From contig CAZHUO010000004.1 in assembly GCA_964535715.1 (NCBI GenBank), positions 1 to 60,986 on the forward strand: 60,986 nt of DNA, read 5' to 3'. The DNA comes from an uncultured Gammaproteobacteria bacterium (GTDB lineage: Bacteria > Patescibacteriota > Patescibacteriia > Buchananbacterales > UBA6539). The notes beneath the pieces were generated by a model. The model had not been told where the DNA came from and made no database searches. It saw only the letters and a list, made by a program, of their open reading frames with translations. The translations under genes and the position numbers were made by a program. Positions 38,015 through 48,382 of the stretch are shown here, piece by piece. How positions within the stretch are numbered: the stretch's first letter is position 1; each line of letters opens with the position of its first letter.

Positions 38015-38244
38015 ATGGAAATAAGGGTAATTGACAACCTCGGCAATGTTCTAAAAAAGCTCCGGCTTGAAAATAATTTAAGCCAAGATGAACTGGCCTA
38101 AAACTAAATTTTAGCCAAGCATTTATCTCTCGGCTGGAGAACAATGACGAAACAGGGACTTTAGCAACCTGGATCAAAATTGCCATTAATTTCGGCATAA
38201 AATTATCTGAATTTTTTCAAATGGCTGAATGCCAAAGGGATTAG
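38015..38244 (+). pseudogene. XRE-family HTH regulator, frameshifted
   Basis: MEIRVIDNLGNVLKKLRLENNLSQDELA stops at 38099. The HTH continues in another frame as KLNFSQAFISRLENNDETGTLATWIKIAINFGIKLSEFF. Confidence 0.65.
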
Positions 38245-38262
38245 CAAATCCCTTTTTTTATT
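38234..38262 (+). terminator. intrinsic terminator
   Basis: aaaggga-ttagcaaa-tcccttt followed by tttt. Confidence 0.65.
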
Positions 38263-38273
38263 ACCAATAAAAA

Positions 38274-38282
38274 TGGTATAAT
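38274..38282 (+). promoter_or_regulatory. extended -10 promoter element
   Basis: TGgTATAAT, 38 nt upstream of the next ATG. Confidence 0.4.
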
Positions 38283-38319
38283 ATACGAATGATGAATATT
38301 AAGCATAAATTTTATAACT

Positions 38320-39063
38320 ATGTTTGACATTCTTTTTGCCCGCACATTCCTTATAGTCGGAGGAATGCTGGTTATTACTTCATTTACGGCCAGAATAAAC
38401 AAATCTTTTGAGACAAAAAAAGAAATGTGGATTACAATTATTGCCACTTTTGTCTTTTTATTTGCCATAGTTTTCCTTGCCAATTTTTATCCGCTTAATC
38501 TTTTTTTGGTTGCCGCTTTTTCCGCTCTAATGGGCTGGGAAATCGGCCCAACTATTGAGTCCATAGGAAAAACATACAAAATGAAAAAATTTTTAAAAAG
38601 CCGCGGAATCAACCTAAAAAAAGGCCATACAATAACAGCTGATTTAAAAAAAGAATTTGGAAAGTCTTTCAACGCAGATGAATACTACAATGAATGGCGC
38701 AATGTCGTATTTCAGGCATTGTTTGCCACTGCTTTTGCCGTTTTTGCCACTGCAGGGATAGTATTTTTAACCAGCATTGATTTCAGCTTTTTGGGCGGAT
38801 TTCTGTTTATCGCCCTTTTAATGCTTGTTGTCATGGCTTTATTAAATATTTTTGTTTTCCGTTCAAGAATATTTTCGTTGATAAGGGCTTATATTGGGGT
38901 TATAATTTTTACTTTATATCTCATTTTTGATTTCAACCGACTTGAAAAAATGGCCGATGACAAAACTTGGGGAACCGCAATTGATATTGCTGTTAATATA
39001 TATCTTGACATTATTAATTTATTTTTAGATTTATTGGAGATACTCGGCGATTTATCGGACTAG
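38320..39063 (+). CDS. Bax inhibitor-1/YccA family membrane protein
   Basis: About 7 TM segments and a C-terminal NIYLDIINLFLDLLEILG motif. Confidence 0.8.
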   Translation: MFDILFARTFLIVGGMLVITSFTARINKSFETKKEMWITIIATFVFLFAIVFLANFYPLNLFLVAAFSALMGWEIGPTIESIGKTYKMKKFLKSRGINLKKGHTITADLKKEFGKSFNADEYYNEWRNVVFQALFATAFAVFATAGIVFLTSIDFSFLGGFLFIALLMLVVMALLNIFVFRSRIFSLIRAYIGVIIFTLYLIFDFNRLEKMADDKTWGTAIDIAVNIYLDIINLFLDLLEILGDLSD

Positions 39064-39099
39064 TTGTCATAAATAATTTAGTCTTACACCAAAAAACAT

Positions 39100-39441
39100 A
39101 TGAGATGGTTTTTACATGCCAAAATCCACAAAGCAACTGTCACTAAGGCTGACTTGGAATATATAGGCAGTATTGCGATTGACCAAGTCTTAATTGAAAA
39201 AGCCGGCTTTTTAGTTGGCGAAAAAGTCTTGGTGGCAAGCAACACTTCCGGCGCGAGGCTCGAAACTTATATTATCGCCGCCAAAAAAAATTCAGGCATA
39301 ATCTGCATGAATGGCGCCGCCGCCCATATAATTAAAGCCGGAGAAGAAATCATTATTATGGGATTTGAATTGTCTGAAAAGCCGATTGAAGCCAAAAATA
39401 TCCTGGTTGATAAAAAAAATAAATTTATAAAGTATTTGTAA
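39100..39441 (+). CDS. panD: aspartate 1-decarboxylase
   Basis: KIHKATVTKADLEYIGSIAID contains the G-S self-cleavage site. NGAAAH is also present. Confidence 0.9.
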   Translation: MRWFLHAKIHKATVTKADLEYIGSIAIDQVLIEKAGFLVGEKVLVASNTSGARLETYIIAAKKNSGIICMNGAAAHIIKAGEEIIIMGFELSEKPIEAKNILVDKKNKFIKYL

Positions 39442-39466
39442 AAGTTTTGATAAAATAATTTATAAT

Positions 39467-40474
39467 ATGAAAACATTTGAAAAACCAGTGGAATATTTAA
39501 GCCCAAAAGAAAAGGAAGTTATCGAGCTTTGTTCAGAAATTATCAGGTGGACCGGCCAGACCCAAGATAAAACTTTATCTTCGGAAAAATTTGATCTTCG
39601 AATTAAAGCAACAAAGCTTTATGAAACTTTGGGCAATATTGATTTTCATAATAACGATTCTTATTATCGGGTCTATGAAGAGTTTAGCGAACTAAAAAAA
39701 GATTATGAAAGACTAAAAGCAGTTTCCAATACATATGAAAATCTAAGTGACGAGCTTGAATTTCTGAGCAATCCCTTGAAAAAACCAAATGAAAAAGAAC
39801 AAGAAATGTCCGACCTTTGCCGGGAAATATGCATTTGGCTTTCAAACGTTTCATCTGCACATCAAGACGAAGCAATTTACGCCACTGAAGAGGATAAAAG
39901 AGTAAAATTAAAAAATCAGGTAAGGCAATTTTATGAGCTTATTAGACAAAGAAATTCCAACAAAAGCACGGATACTTCCGACATCAAAATCAAATATGAA
40001 GAAATCAAAAAAAATTTTGAGGAAAGAAAATTAGAAAGAGAAAAAAATAAAATTTTTCAAATTAAATTTGCCGAAGAAAAGACGGAAGAAATTATTGATG
40101 GTATGCTTTTAAGAGTCGCAGAATACGGCAGATCCACTTTAAAGGAAACGGCCAGCTATGTAAATTCTTGGGGAGGAGATAGTGTAAAGATAGATTTGAA
40201 CAAAGATGTCAACAATACTTACATCCTTGTTGTTGAAGAATTTTGGAATTATGCTGAACATGAACCGCAAATTTACTTATCAAAAAACACAACCGATAAA
40301 TTAAAATCAGACAAAGAATTAACAGTAGATTTTACTCATTATCTTCATGACTATGGAAGCGTCTGGCAATTACGGTTAATAATAAAAAATATGACAGAAG
40401 AAAAAGTGAGTCCCACCTTACAGTTTATAATAGAAACAATAAAATCAACTCCCCGAATAAGAAAAAAGAAGTAA
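39467..40474 (+). CDS. hypothetical protein with an internal duplicated module
   Basis: 335 aa. There are two KEKE..(L/M)C.EI..W...QD modules, near residues 13-75 and 105-170. Confidence 0.5.
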   Translation: MKTFEKPVEYLSPKEKEVIELCSEIIRWTGQTQDKTLSSEKFDLRIKATKLYETLGNIDFHNNDSYYRVYEEFSELKKDYERLKAVSNTYENLSDELEFLSNPLKKPNEKEQEMSDLCREICIWLSNVSSAHQDEAIYATEEDKRVKLKNQVRQFYELIRQRNSNKSTDTSDIKIKYEEIKKNFEERKLEREKNKIFQIKFAEEKTEEIIDGMLLRVAEYGRSTLKETASYVNSWGGDSVKIDLNKDVNNTYILVVEEFWNYAEHEPQIYLSKNTTDKLKSDKELTVDFTHYLHDYGSVWQLRLIIKNMTEEKVSPTLQFIIETIKSTPRIRKKK

Positions 40475-40564
40475 AAAATTAGGTTAATATTATTTGCTTT
40501 TAGCTTAGCTGGGGTAAAAAAACGATTGGCAATGCTATAAATAATCAATCTCAAATTACAAATT

Positions 40565-40597
40565 AAAAAAATCCCTAAAAGTTTCAGGGATTTTTTT
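40565..40597. terminator. bidirectional intrinsic terminator
   Basis: aaaaaa-tccct-aaaagtttc-aggga-ttttttt between convergent genes. Confidence 0.7.
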
Positions 40598-40607
40598 ATT
40601 ACTTATA

Positions 40608-41747
40608 TTATTTGCTAATTTCTATATTAATTTTATCCTTGTTTTTTGGGGCTTTGCTGATCAATGACGGCTGAAAAATAATTTCTATTTCCTTAATTTT
40701 TGAGAATTGGGCAAAATATGATCTGATTTCATTTTCAGATAGGCCAGTAATTTTTGATTTATCAATTGAATCAATATCGCCTGTTGAGACTTCACTTTCA
40801 AATTTCACTTTTACCGAAGCGGTTTTATTTTCCAAATCATAGCTTTGAACTTCATATGAAAAGCTCTTTTTATCAAGACTGACCGTTTTTTGTCCTGAAA
40901 CCATTTTTTCCCTGATCCGGCTTTCAGCCAAATCCGCCAGTTTATCTTCAGCAAAAGCGATAACTACCGCCTTAAGCTTGATGTCTAAAGTAAATTCGGA
41001 AGCTTCCTGTCCAATTTGCGCACTACTGGTTGAATTTTCAGTTTTAAAGGTGAATAACTTAGGCCATAATAACTGGCTTGAATCAAGCTTTTCGCTTGTC
41101 TCATCCAGTGCCTGCTTTTGAAGTTTTTCTTTTAACTTATTTTCTGCATCTTTTATGTCATTTTCCGCCAAAATCGAAATTCCAAAGCTTCCTTTTGTTA
41201 AAATTTCCTGGTTTTCCGCATAAATTTTCTCGCGAAGCGGCTCCCAAAGTCCGGGAATAATGAATTTCATCGGCTTAATTTCAACAAAAGTGTCGGGATT
41301 TTCCGCATAAACTTGGACTTTCACCGATTTTCCCGGCAGTACCGTAACGTCGTTTTTGAGCCTGACTAAAACCAAATCAGGCTTATCAAAAGAAGCAAGC
41401 CTGGTTGTTGCAATCATTTTTTGTTCTTTACTGTAGTTGTTTACTATTGTCACTTCGCCGACAATATCAGTGGAAGCCTGTTTTTTACCGGTAGCCGGAA
41501 AATTTGCACTCTCTTGCATGTCAATTTCCAAAATTCGCCCGGGTACGCTGCCCGGGGCTGAATCAGAATTTTCCGAGATATTAAAAATCATTTCCTGACC
41601 AACTTTTTCTGTTTTTAGCGTTAATACTATTGTCAGCTTGGTCCAGCTTAAATAAAATATCAAGAAAAGAGCGCCAATTGAAATCAAAAAGAATAATATT
41701 GCCAAATTCCTGTAAAACTTGGGTAAAATGTAAGATTGTTCGTTCAT
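40608..41747 (-). CDS. hypothetical membrane-anchored protein
   Basis: 379 aa with an N-terminal TM helix (LAILFFLISIGALFLIFYL). It lies immediately downstream of dnaE. Confidence 0.55.
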   Translation of the reverse strand: MNEQSYILPKFYRNLAILFFLISIGALFLIFYLSWTKLTIVLTLKTEKVGQEMIFNISENSDSAPGSVPGRILEIDMQESANFPATGKKQASTDIVGEVTIVNNYSKEQKMIATTRLASFDKPDLVLVRLKNDVTVLPGKSVKVQVYAENPDTFVEIKPMKFIIPGLWEPLREKIYAENQEILTKGSFGISILAENDIKDAENKLKEKLQKQALDETSEKLDSSQLLWPKLFTFKTENSTSSAQIGQEASEFTLDIKLKAVVIAFAEDKLADLAESRIREKMVSGQKTVSLDKKSFSYEVQSYDLENKTASVKVKFESEVSTGDIDSIDKSKITGLSENEIRSYFAQFSKIKEIEIIFQPSLISKAPKNKDKINIEISK

Positions 41748-41788
41748 ACTTTAATAATATAAAAAAAATAAAAATCTGGCAACAGTAC

Positions 41789-44700
41789 TTATTGATATTC
41801 CTCTATTTTGAAGCAACCGGGTCCTAAAAGATTTTTAATTTCCTCTTTCAACTCGGAAGAATCGCTTATCAAAAAATTAGTCATTATTTTTTTAAAGCCG
41901 TTCTCACCTTTAATTACCAAAAATACTTTGTTTTTCCCCGGATACATTTCAAAAATAGCTTTCAGCTTTTGATTGATATCTTTATCAGTTGCAGTCGGCA
42001 ATAAAACATAAGCTGTTCCATTAATTAAAATCTCTTGAACATCAGGCTGCTTTTTAAAAAAACTTCTCGCCAAATAGCCTTTGCCGTTTTCTCTAGACAA
42101 TTCATCCAGCTCTTTTAAAATCGATGAAACATTTTTTATATCAAGTTCTTTAGCCTGATTGCAAATAAGCTTATTTTCGCCGTCTTTGTCCGAGAGCCTG
42201 CAGTTCATCATGATTATTTTGTCTTCCTGCCAAATTTCTGAATCTTTTTTAAGCAAGCTTGGGAAAACTAAAACCTCTATTCCGGAAGTGCTGTCTTCAA
42301 TCCTGACAAAAAGCATGGGCTCGCCTTTTTTTGTTATAATTTTTTTTACTTTACTTATCACGCCGGCAACTTTTAAAACTCTGTCTGATGTCATATGGCC
42401 GTTAACCACCCGATCAATCGGCACAATCCCATTATTAAGATGAAAGTTGAATTCGGAAAGAGGGTGGGCGGAAACATAAAGACCCAAAAATTCTTTTTCC
42501 CAATTCAGTTTCTGCTTGTCGTCGGCCGGATTAATGTAGTCAAGAGTCAGCTTGGGCAAGACCGCCTCTGTTGCCATCATGCCAAAAAGGCTTTTTTGCT
42601 GGCTGTCGGCTTCCTGATTTATATTTTTTATAAAGACCAAAAGTTTGTCAATATTATAAAGCAGCCGGCTTCTTTCTCCCAGATTATCCAAAGCACCTGA
42701 TTTAATTAAGGCTTCGAGGGATTTTTTATTCAAGTCCTTAGTTTTTACTCGGCTTAAAAAATCTTCCAGACTTTTATAACTACCGTTTTCTTTGCGCTCT
42801 TTTATTACTTCTTTAATAATATTTTCTCCCAGATTTTTAACAGCGCTTAGACCGAAGCGAATTTTTCGGCTTTCTTTGTCCTGTTTTACTTCCAAAGAAT
42901 CATAAACTACCGTGAAAGTGGAAAAGCTTTCATTAATATCCGGTGGCAAGACCTCTATGCCCATTTGACGGCATTCCTCGACTTCAATGGCAATTCTGTC
43001 GGTATTTCCATGGTCAGCGGTCAAAAGCGAAGCAATAAACTCAGAAGGATAATTGGCTTTCAAGTATGCCGTTTGATAGGCAATCATTGCGTAGCAGGCA
43101 GCATGAGAGCGGTTGAAGCCGTAGCGGGCGAAAGGCAGAATATAATCCCAGATCTGTTTTGCCACTTTCGGCTCGATTTTATTATTGATCATTCCGGAAA
43201 TCATTTTCTCTTCTTGTTCATTAAGCAATGAAGCAATTTTTTTGCCAACCGCTTTTCTTAAAACATCGGCTTGGCTGTAAGAAAAGCCGGCCAGTACTCT
43301 TGCAATTTCCATTAGCTGTTCCTGATAGACGATAATGCCGTATGTTTTTTCCAAAATCGGCTTCATTCTTTCATCCAAATAATATACTTTCTGACGACCG
43401 TGCTTAGAATTGATGTAATCCGGAATCAGCTCCATCGGACCGGGACGGTAAAGTGAAACCATTACAATTATATCTTCTAGCTCTGTCGGCATAAGCTGTT
43501 TTAAATAGCGCTTCATACCCGAACTTTCAAGCTGAAAAACGCCGGTAGTCTCGGCCTTTTGCAATAAATTGAATGTTTTTTTATCATCAAGCGGAATATT
43601 GTCTATTTTAATCTCAAGCCCTCTGGCCTTTTTCAAAATTTCCAAAGTATTTTCGATGATTGTCAAATTTTTCAAGCCAAGTAAATCGATTTTCAAAAGC
43701 CCCAAATCTTCAACCGCATGCATTTCATATTGGGTTGTAATTTCATTTTCATTTTGACTTGAACGCTGGCGCGGTATATAGCTGTTCATTGAATCGGGGG
43801 TAACCACTATTCCGCAAGCATGAGTGGAGGCGTGGCGGGCGCAGCCTTCAAGTTTTTTGGCAATTTCTATAAGCCTTCGACCATCAGGTTCTTGCATCAT
43901 ATCCTGCAGCTCGGGAATCGTTTCGGCTGCTTTATTCAGCGACATGAACATCGGGATTAATTTTGAAGCCTTATCGCAATAAGCATAAGGCAGACCCATT
44001 ACCCTGCCGACATCTCTAATAGCGGCTCTGGCAGCCATTGTTCCAAAAGTAATGATTTGAGCGACATGATCTTGACCGTATTTTTTTGAAATATAATCAA
44101 TGACTTCATCGCGTCTGGTATCGGCAAAATCGGAATCAATATCAGGCATTGATATTCTTTCAGGATTTAAAAAACGTTCAAATATAAGATTATATTTTAA
44201 AGGATCGATATTGGTAATATTAGCAAGATAAGCGACCAAACTGCCGGCGGCCGATCCCCGGCCGGGACCGACAACTATTTCATTATTTTTAGCCCAATTG
44301 ATAAAGTCCGCAACTATTAAAAAATATGAGGCAAAGCCGGTCTTTTCAATTATTCCAAGTTCATAAGCCAATCTGTCGTTTATTTCCTTGCTGATATTTT
44401 GACCGAAGCGTTCATTAAGATTTTTTTGGCAAATGTCAGACAGATAACCGATATCGGTTTGGCCTTTTGGCACTTCAAAATAAGGCAGCTGGGTTTTGCC
44501 TAATTCAAGCTCGACATTGCATTTATCGGCAACTTCCAATGTATTTTTTAGAACCTCAGGATGATTTGCCCATCTTTGCGCCATCTGTTCTGGTGTTGGC
44601 ATTGAAAAATCCTCACCCATATAAGACATCCGGTCAGTATCGGCAAGCGTTTTTTTAGTTTGGATACAAATTAAAACGTCCTGGGCATAGTCATCCTCCT

Positions 44701-45334
44701 TGTCTAAATAATGGATATCACAAGTGGCAACAATTGGAATTTCAAGCTCTTTGCCAAGCTGAAAAATTTTTTTATTTACAACATCCTGACGGCTAATTGT
44801 TGGATGATGCTGAACTTCCAAATAAAAATTTCCTTTGCCAAAAATTTGCTGGTACCTTAATGCCGCTTCTTTTGCTTTATTGTCGTCGTTATTAATGTAA
44901 TTTCTTGGAACTTCTCCAACTAAGCAGGCACTTAAAGCGATAATTCCATCATGGTATTTTTCCAAAAGTTCATGATCGACTCTCGGCTTATAATAAAAAC
45001 CATCCAAATGCGCGATGGTTGTCAGTTTAATCAAATTTTTATAGCCCTCAATATTTTTTGCCAAAAGCACTAAATGATAAGGCGCATCATCAATCCGCGG
45101 TCTTTTGTTGGTGTGGCCATTTCTAGCAACATAGGCTTCAACCCCCAATATCGGCTTAATCCCGGCTTTTTTTGCTTTCTGATAAAACTCAATTAGGCCA
45201 TACATTACGCCATGGTCAGTCAAAGCTAAGGCCGGCATGCCGGAGTCTTTGGCCTTTTTAACCAGGCCGTCAATTTTTGCTAATCCGTCTAAAAGAGAAT
45301 AATGCGAGTGAGTATGAAGGTGGACAAATGACAT
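41789..45334 (-). CDS. dnaE: DNA polymerase III alpha subunit
   Basis: PHP domain start MSFVHLHTHSHYSLLDG, polymerase core, and an OB fold. The start was set to ATG 45334, because the track start 45370 is a TTG. Confidence 0.93.
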   Translation of the reverse strand: MSFVHLHTHSHYSLLDGLAKIDGLVKKAKDSGMPALALTDHGVMYGLIEFYQKAKKAGIKPILGVEAYVARNGHTNKRPRIDDAPYHLVLLAKNIEGYKNLIKLTTIAHLDGFYYKPRVDHELLEKYHDGIIALSACLVGEVPRNYINNDDNKAKEAALRYQQIFGKGNFYLEVQHHPTISRQDVVNKKIFQLGKELEIPIVATCDIHYLDKEDDYAQDVLICIQTKKTLADTDRMSYMGEDFSMPTPEQMAQRWANHPEVLKNTLEVADKCNVELELGKTQLPYFEVPKGQTDIGYLSDICQKNLNERFGQNISKEINDRLAYELGIIEKTGFASYFLIVADFINWAKNNEIVVGPGRGSAAGSLVAYLANITNIDPLKYNLIFERFLNPERISMPDIDSDFADTRRDEVIDYISKKYGQDHVAQIITFGTMAARAAIRDVGRVMGLPYAYCDKASKLIPMFMSLNKAAETIPELQDMMQEPDGRRLIEIAKKLEGCARHASTHACGIVVTPDSMNSYIPRQRSSQNENEITTQYEMHAVEDLGLLKIDLLGLKNLTIIENTLEILKKARGLEIKIDNIPLDDKKTFNLLQKAETTGVFQLESSGMKRYLKQLMPTELEDIIVMVSLYRPGPMELIPDYINSKHGRQKVYYLDERMKPILEKTYGIIVYQEQLMEIARVLAGFSYSQADVLRKAVGKKIASLLNEQEEKMISGMINNKIEPKVAKQIWDYILPFARYGFNRSHAACYAMIAYQTAYLKANYPSEFIASLLTADHGNTDRIAIEVEECRQMGIEVLPPDINESFSTFTVVYDSLEVKQDKESRKIRFGLSAVKNLGENIIKEVIKERKENGSYKSLEDFLSRVKTKDLNKKSLEALIKSGALDNLGERSRLLYNIDKLLVFIKNINQEADSQQKSLFGMMATEAVLPKLTLDYINPADDKQKLNWEKEFLGLYVSAHPLSEFNFHLNNGIVPIDRVVNGHMTSDRVLKVAGVISKVKKIITKKGEPMLFVRIEDSTSGIEVLVFPSLLKKDSEIWQEDKIIMMNCRLSDKDGENKLICNQAKELDIKNVSSILKELDELSRENGKGYLARSFFKKQPDVQEILINGTAYVLLPTATDKDINQKLKAIFEMYPGKNKVFLVIKGENGFKKIMTNFLISDSSELKEEIKNLLGPGCFKIEEYQ

Positions 45335-45493
45335 AAATTGTTTAATGGTTTTGAAAGTCTTGATTAACAATGGACTTTCAAGGGAAGCAGGCTCCCCTGT
45401 AAATTAAGTAAAGTAAGAATTAAGCGAGATAAGAATTAAGTCACCCAGCTCTTGCTGCTTAATTCTTAATTTACTTAATTCTTAATTCTATTT

Positions 45494-45793
45494 TTATTTC
45501 TTCCTCTTTTTGCTTGCTGCGTTTCTACCTTGCTTTTCCATAACAAACCCAACCAGCTTAATCAGCGAATCAGTAACCATTGCCATATGGCTACTGCCTT
45601 TTTCCAATTTTTCCTTGATTAACTTCAAAATCTTGTCAAAAGTTTCCAACTTTTCTCTGACGCTTACAGTCATTTTGCTGACATTTTTCAGCATCACAAT
45701 CACGTAATAAATTCCCCAGCAGGCAAAGATGGTAAATAGTGCGACCGAACCGGCAATAGTCAGCAAGAGCACGTCTTTTGATGTTTCAAACAT
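45494..45793 (-). CDS. small membrane protein
   Basis: 99 aa with one TM helix followed by a helical tail. Confidence 0.45.
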   Translation of the reverse strand: MFETSKDVLLLTIAGSVALFTIFACWGIYYVIVMLKNVSKMTVSVREKLETFDKILKLIKEKLEKGSSHMAMVTDSLIKLVGFVMEKQGRNAASKKRKK

Positions 45794-45833
45794 AAATTTA
45801 GCTTTTAGCTGTTAGCTACGAGCTTTTAGAAAC

Positions 45834-45864
45834 CTACAAGCTACAAGCTACAAGCTACAAGCTA
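45834..45864. repeat. heptamer tandem repeat (ctacaag x4.4)
   Basis: Read directly. It overlaps the pheT stop and lies upstream of ORF 45494-45793. Confidence 0.9.
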
Positions 45865-48231
45865 TCTCAACTTCGCCCCAAAACTGCTTTGAAGCTTCTG
45901 AACAACTTTTTTGATCACCTCGTCAACCTCTTCGGATTTTAATGTCCGGTCTTTAGCGCGGAAAACTATTCTGAAAGCCAAGCTCTTTTTATTGCCGCCA
46001 AGCGAAGAATCGGTAAAGGTGCTTAAATATTCAATGCCGGCAATTAACTGATCAGCTTGATTAACTGAATCACTGACTTGACCCCAGCTGATTTTATCAT
46101 CAACAACTATAGCCAGGTCTCGGACAATTGACGGAAATTCCGGAATCGGCAAAAAAGACTTTACCGTAGTGGCAAAATTCATAAGCGATGAAATTTCAAA
46201 ATCAAAAATGCCGACTGGCTTTTTGATGCCGAATTTTTCCAAAATATCATTTTTAATAATTCCAAACTGACCTAAAAATTTTCCTTCCTTTAATATGTCC
46301 AAACACTGCCCGGCTTCCCATAGCGGACAGGCGGAATCGGTTGCTTTCAAATTATACCCAGAAATGCCAAGTTTCTTCAGCAAAAATTCAACTATCCCCT
46401 TTGCCTCTAAATAAATTTCATTTTCCCAAACAACAGCACCAGTCACTTTTGAAACCTCGGCAGGCAATTCAGTCTCTTTATTTTTTAAATATACATTGCT
46501 TAGCTCAAAAATCTTTATTTCGGAAAAGTTATTCAGGTTTTCCGAAACATTCTGCAGAATTCCGCTTAATAATGTCGGACGTAGGTATTCCAGTTCTTCA
46601 TTTAAAGGATTGTGAATTTTAAGCGCTTCGCTAGGCTTAAATTTTGTTTTTTCTAGCAAATTAGCAGAAATCATTGAATAATTCAAAACTTCGGTAAAGC
46701 CCAGACCGGCAAGCGAATTTTTAATCAGATTTTCCCAAAAAAATGTCAGATCTTTTTTTTCTTGCGGAATTTCTCCCTGTGGCAAATTGACTGGCAGATT
46801 ATGGTAGCCATAAATTCTGGCTATTTCTTCAATCAAATCATAGTCATAAACTACGTCGTTTTGCCGCCACCAAGGAACCGTCACACTTAAAGTTTTTGAG
46901 CCAGAAACCGTAAAGCCAAGGGAATCCAAAATATTTTTTATCATACTTATTGGTATTTCAATTCCCAAATGACGCTTGACACCATTAGTATCAAATTTTA
47001 TCTTATTCGGCTGGAATTTATTCTTATTACTGTCAAAAACGACGCTTGCCACTTTACCGCCGGCAAGTTTCTGTACAAGCTCAATCGCTTTGAGCATACC
47101 GGCTATTGTAGTTTCCGGATGCAGATTTTTTTCAAATAAATCGGAAGATTCAGAATGTAAGTTCAGCTCGCGGGCGGTTTTTCTGATTAAGACAGGATCA
47201 AAGGTGGCTGATTCAAAAACAATCGTCTTTGTCATTTCAGTTGCTCCGGAAAGCTCCCCGCCCATCACACCGGCTATAGCAACCGGCGCTTTTTCGTCAG
47301 CAATCACCAAGTGTTGTGGCTTTAACTGGTAAATTTTGCCGTCCAAAGCCAAAATACTTTCACCGGCTTTTGCTTTTCGGACAATAATTTTTTGACCATT
47401 AAGCTTATCATAATCAAAAACATGCATCGGCCGGCCGTATTCCAAAAGAATGTAATTGGTGATATCGGCTAAATTATTTATCGGCCGCAAGCCGGACGCA
47501 AGCAACCTGGTCTGAAGCCAAAGCGGAGATGGACTTACTTTGACATCAGTTATAACTATTCCCAGATATTTTGGACAAAGCTTTGGTTCCTTAACTTCAA
47601 CACTTAAAGGCAATTTTTTTACCACTTTTAAATCAGGCTTTGGCATTTTCCAATTCAATTTCACACCCAAACACGCAGAAGCTTCGCGTGCCAAGCCGAC
47701 CACTGACATTGCATCCGGGCGGTTGGAAGTGACTTCGACTTCCAAAATATAGTCATTCAAATCCAAAACTTTTTCAAGTGGCTTGCCAAGCGGAGTATCG
47801 GATGGCAGTATCATTATTCCGGTGTGGTCTTGACCGATTCCAAGCTCTTTTTGCGAGCAAAGCATACCGTTACTTTCAACATCCCTGATTTTTGCCTTTT
47901 TGATCACAAAAGGATTGCCTTGCGGGTCGGAAACTTCCGCACCTTCAACTGCCAATGGCACAACTTGCCCGACATTGATATTAGGCGCCCCACAAACAAC
48001 CGTTGACTTAAATTTTCCCGCATTAACTGTTGCCAATCTTAGTTTGTCGGCATTGGGATGCTTTTGAATATCTAAAATTTTGGCAGTAATTACGCCCTTA
48101 AAAGCCGGCTTGACTTCATTAACCCGGTCAACACTTTGCCCTTTAAGCGACAATTCCTTGGCAACCTCAAAAACCGACTTTTCAGTCTTTAGGTATTCTT
48201 TGAGCCAGTTGTAGGATAGTTTGAGATTCAT
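45862..48231 (-). CDS. pheT: phenylalanine--tRNA ligase beta subunit
   Basis: N-terminal tRNA-binding OB domain, followed by B3/4, B5 and a C-terminal FDX-ACB domain. Confidence 0.95.
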   Translation of the reverse strand: MNLKLSYNWLKEYLKTEKSVFEVAKELSLKGQSVDRVNEVKPAFKGVITAKILDIQKHPNADKLRLATVNAGKFKSTVVCGAPNINVGQVVPLAVEGAEVSDPQGNPFVIKKAKIRDVESNGMLCSQKELGIGQDHTGIMILPSDTPLGKPLEKVLDLNDYILEVEVTSNRPDAMSVVGLAREASACLGVKLNWKMPKPDLKVVKKLPLSVEVKEPKLCPKYLGIVITDVKVSPSPLWLQTRLLASGLRPINNLADITNYILLEYGRPMHVFDYDKLNGQKIIVRKAKAGESILALDGKIYQLKPQHLVIADEKAPVAIAGVMGGELSGATEMTKTIVFESATFDPVLIRKTARELNLHSESSDLFEKNLHPETTIAGMLKAIELVQKLAGGKVASVVFDSNKNKFQPNKIKFDTNGVKRHLGIEIPISMIKNILDSLGFTVSGSKTLSVTVPWWRQNDVVYDYDLIEEIARIYGYHNLPVNLPQGEIPQEKKDLTFFWENLIKNSLAGLGFTEVLNYSMISANLLEKTKFKPSEALKIHNPLNEELEYLRPTLLSGILQNVSENLNNFSEIKIFELSNVYLKNKETELPAEVSKVTGAVVWENEIYLEAKGIVEFLLKKLGISGYNLKATDSACPLWEAGQCLDILKEGKFLGQFGIIKNDILEKFGIKKPVGIFDFEISSLMNFATTVKSFLPIPEFPSIVRDLAIVVDDKISWGQVSDSVNQADQLIAGIEYLSTFTDSSLGGNKKSLAFRIVFRAKDRTLKSEEVDEVIKKVVQKLQSSFGAKLR

Positions 48232-48382
48232 AATATCAATTTTGAATTTCCAAATTCTAATTTCGATTCAATTTTGAATGACTTAATTTTTAAAAATTCT
48301 AAATTATAAAATTAAATCTGCGCCAAAGGCGCATCCTTGGCTACATCCGCCTCTGACGGAAAAAATTCAAAATTCAAAATTA

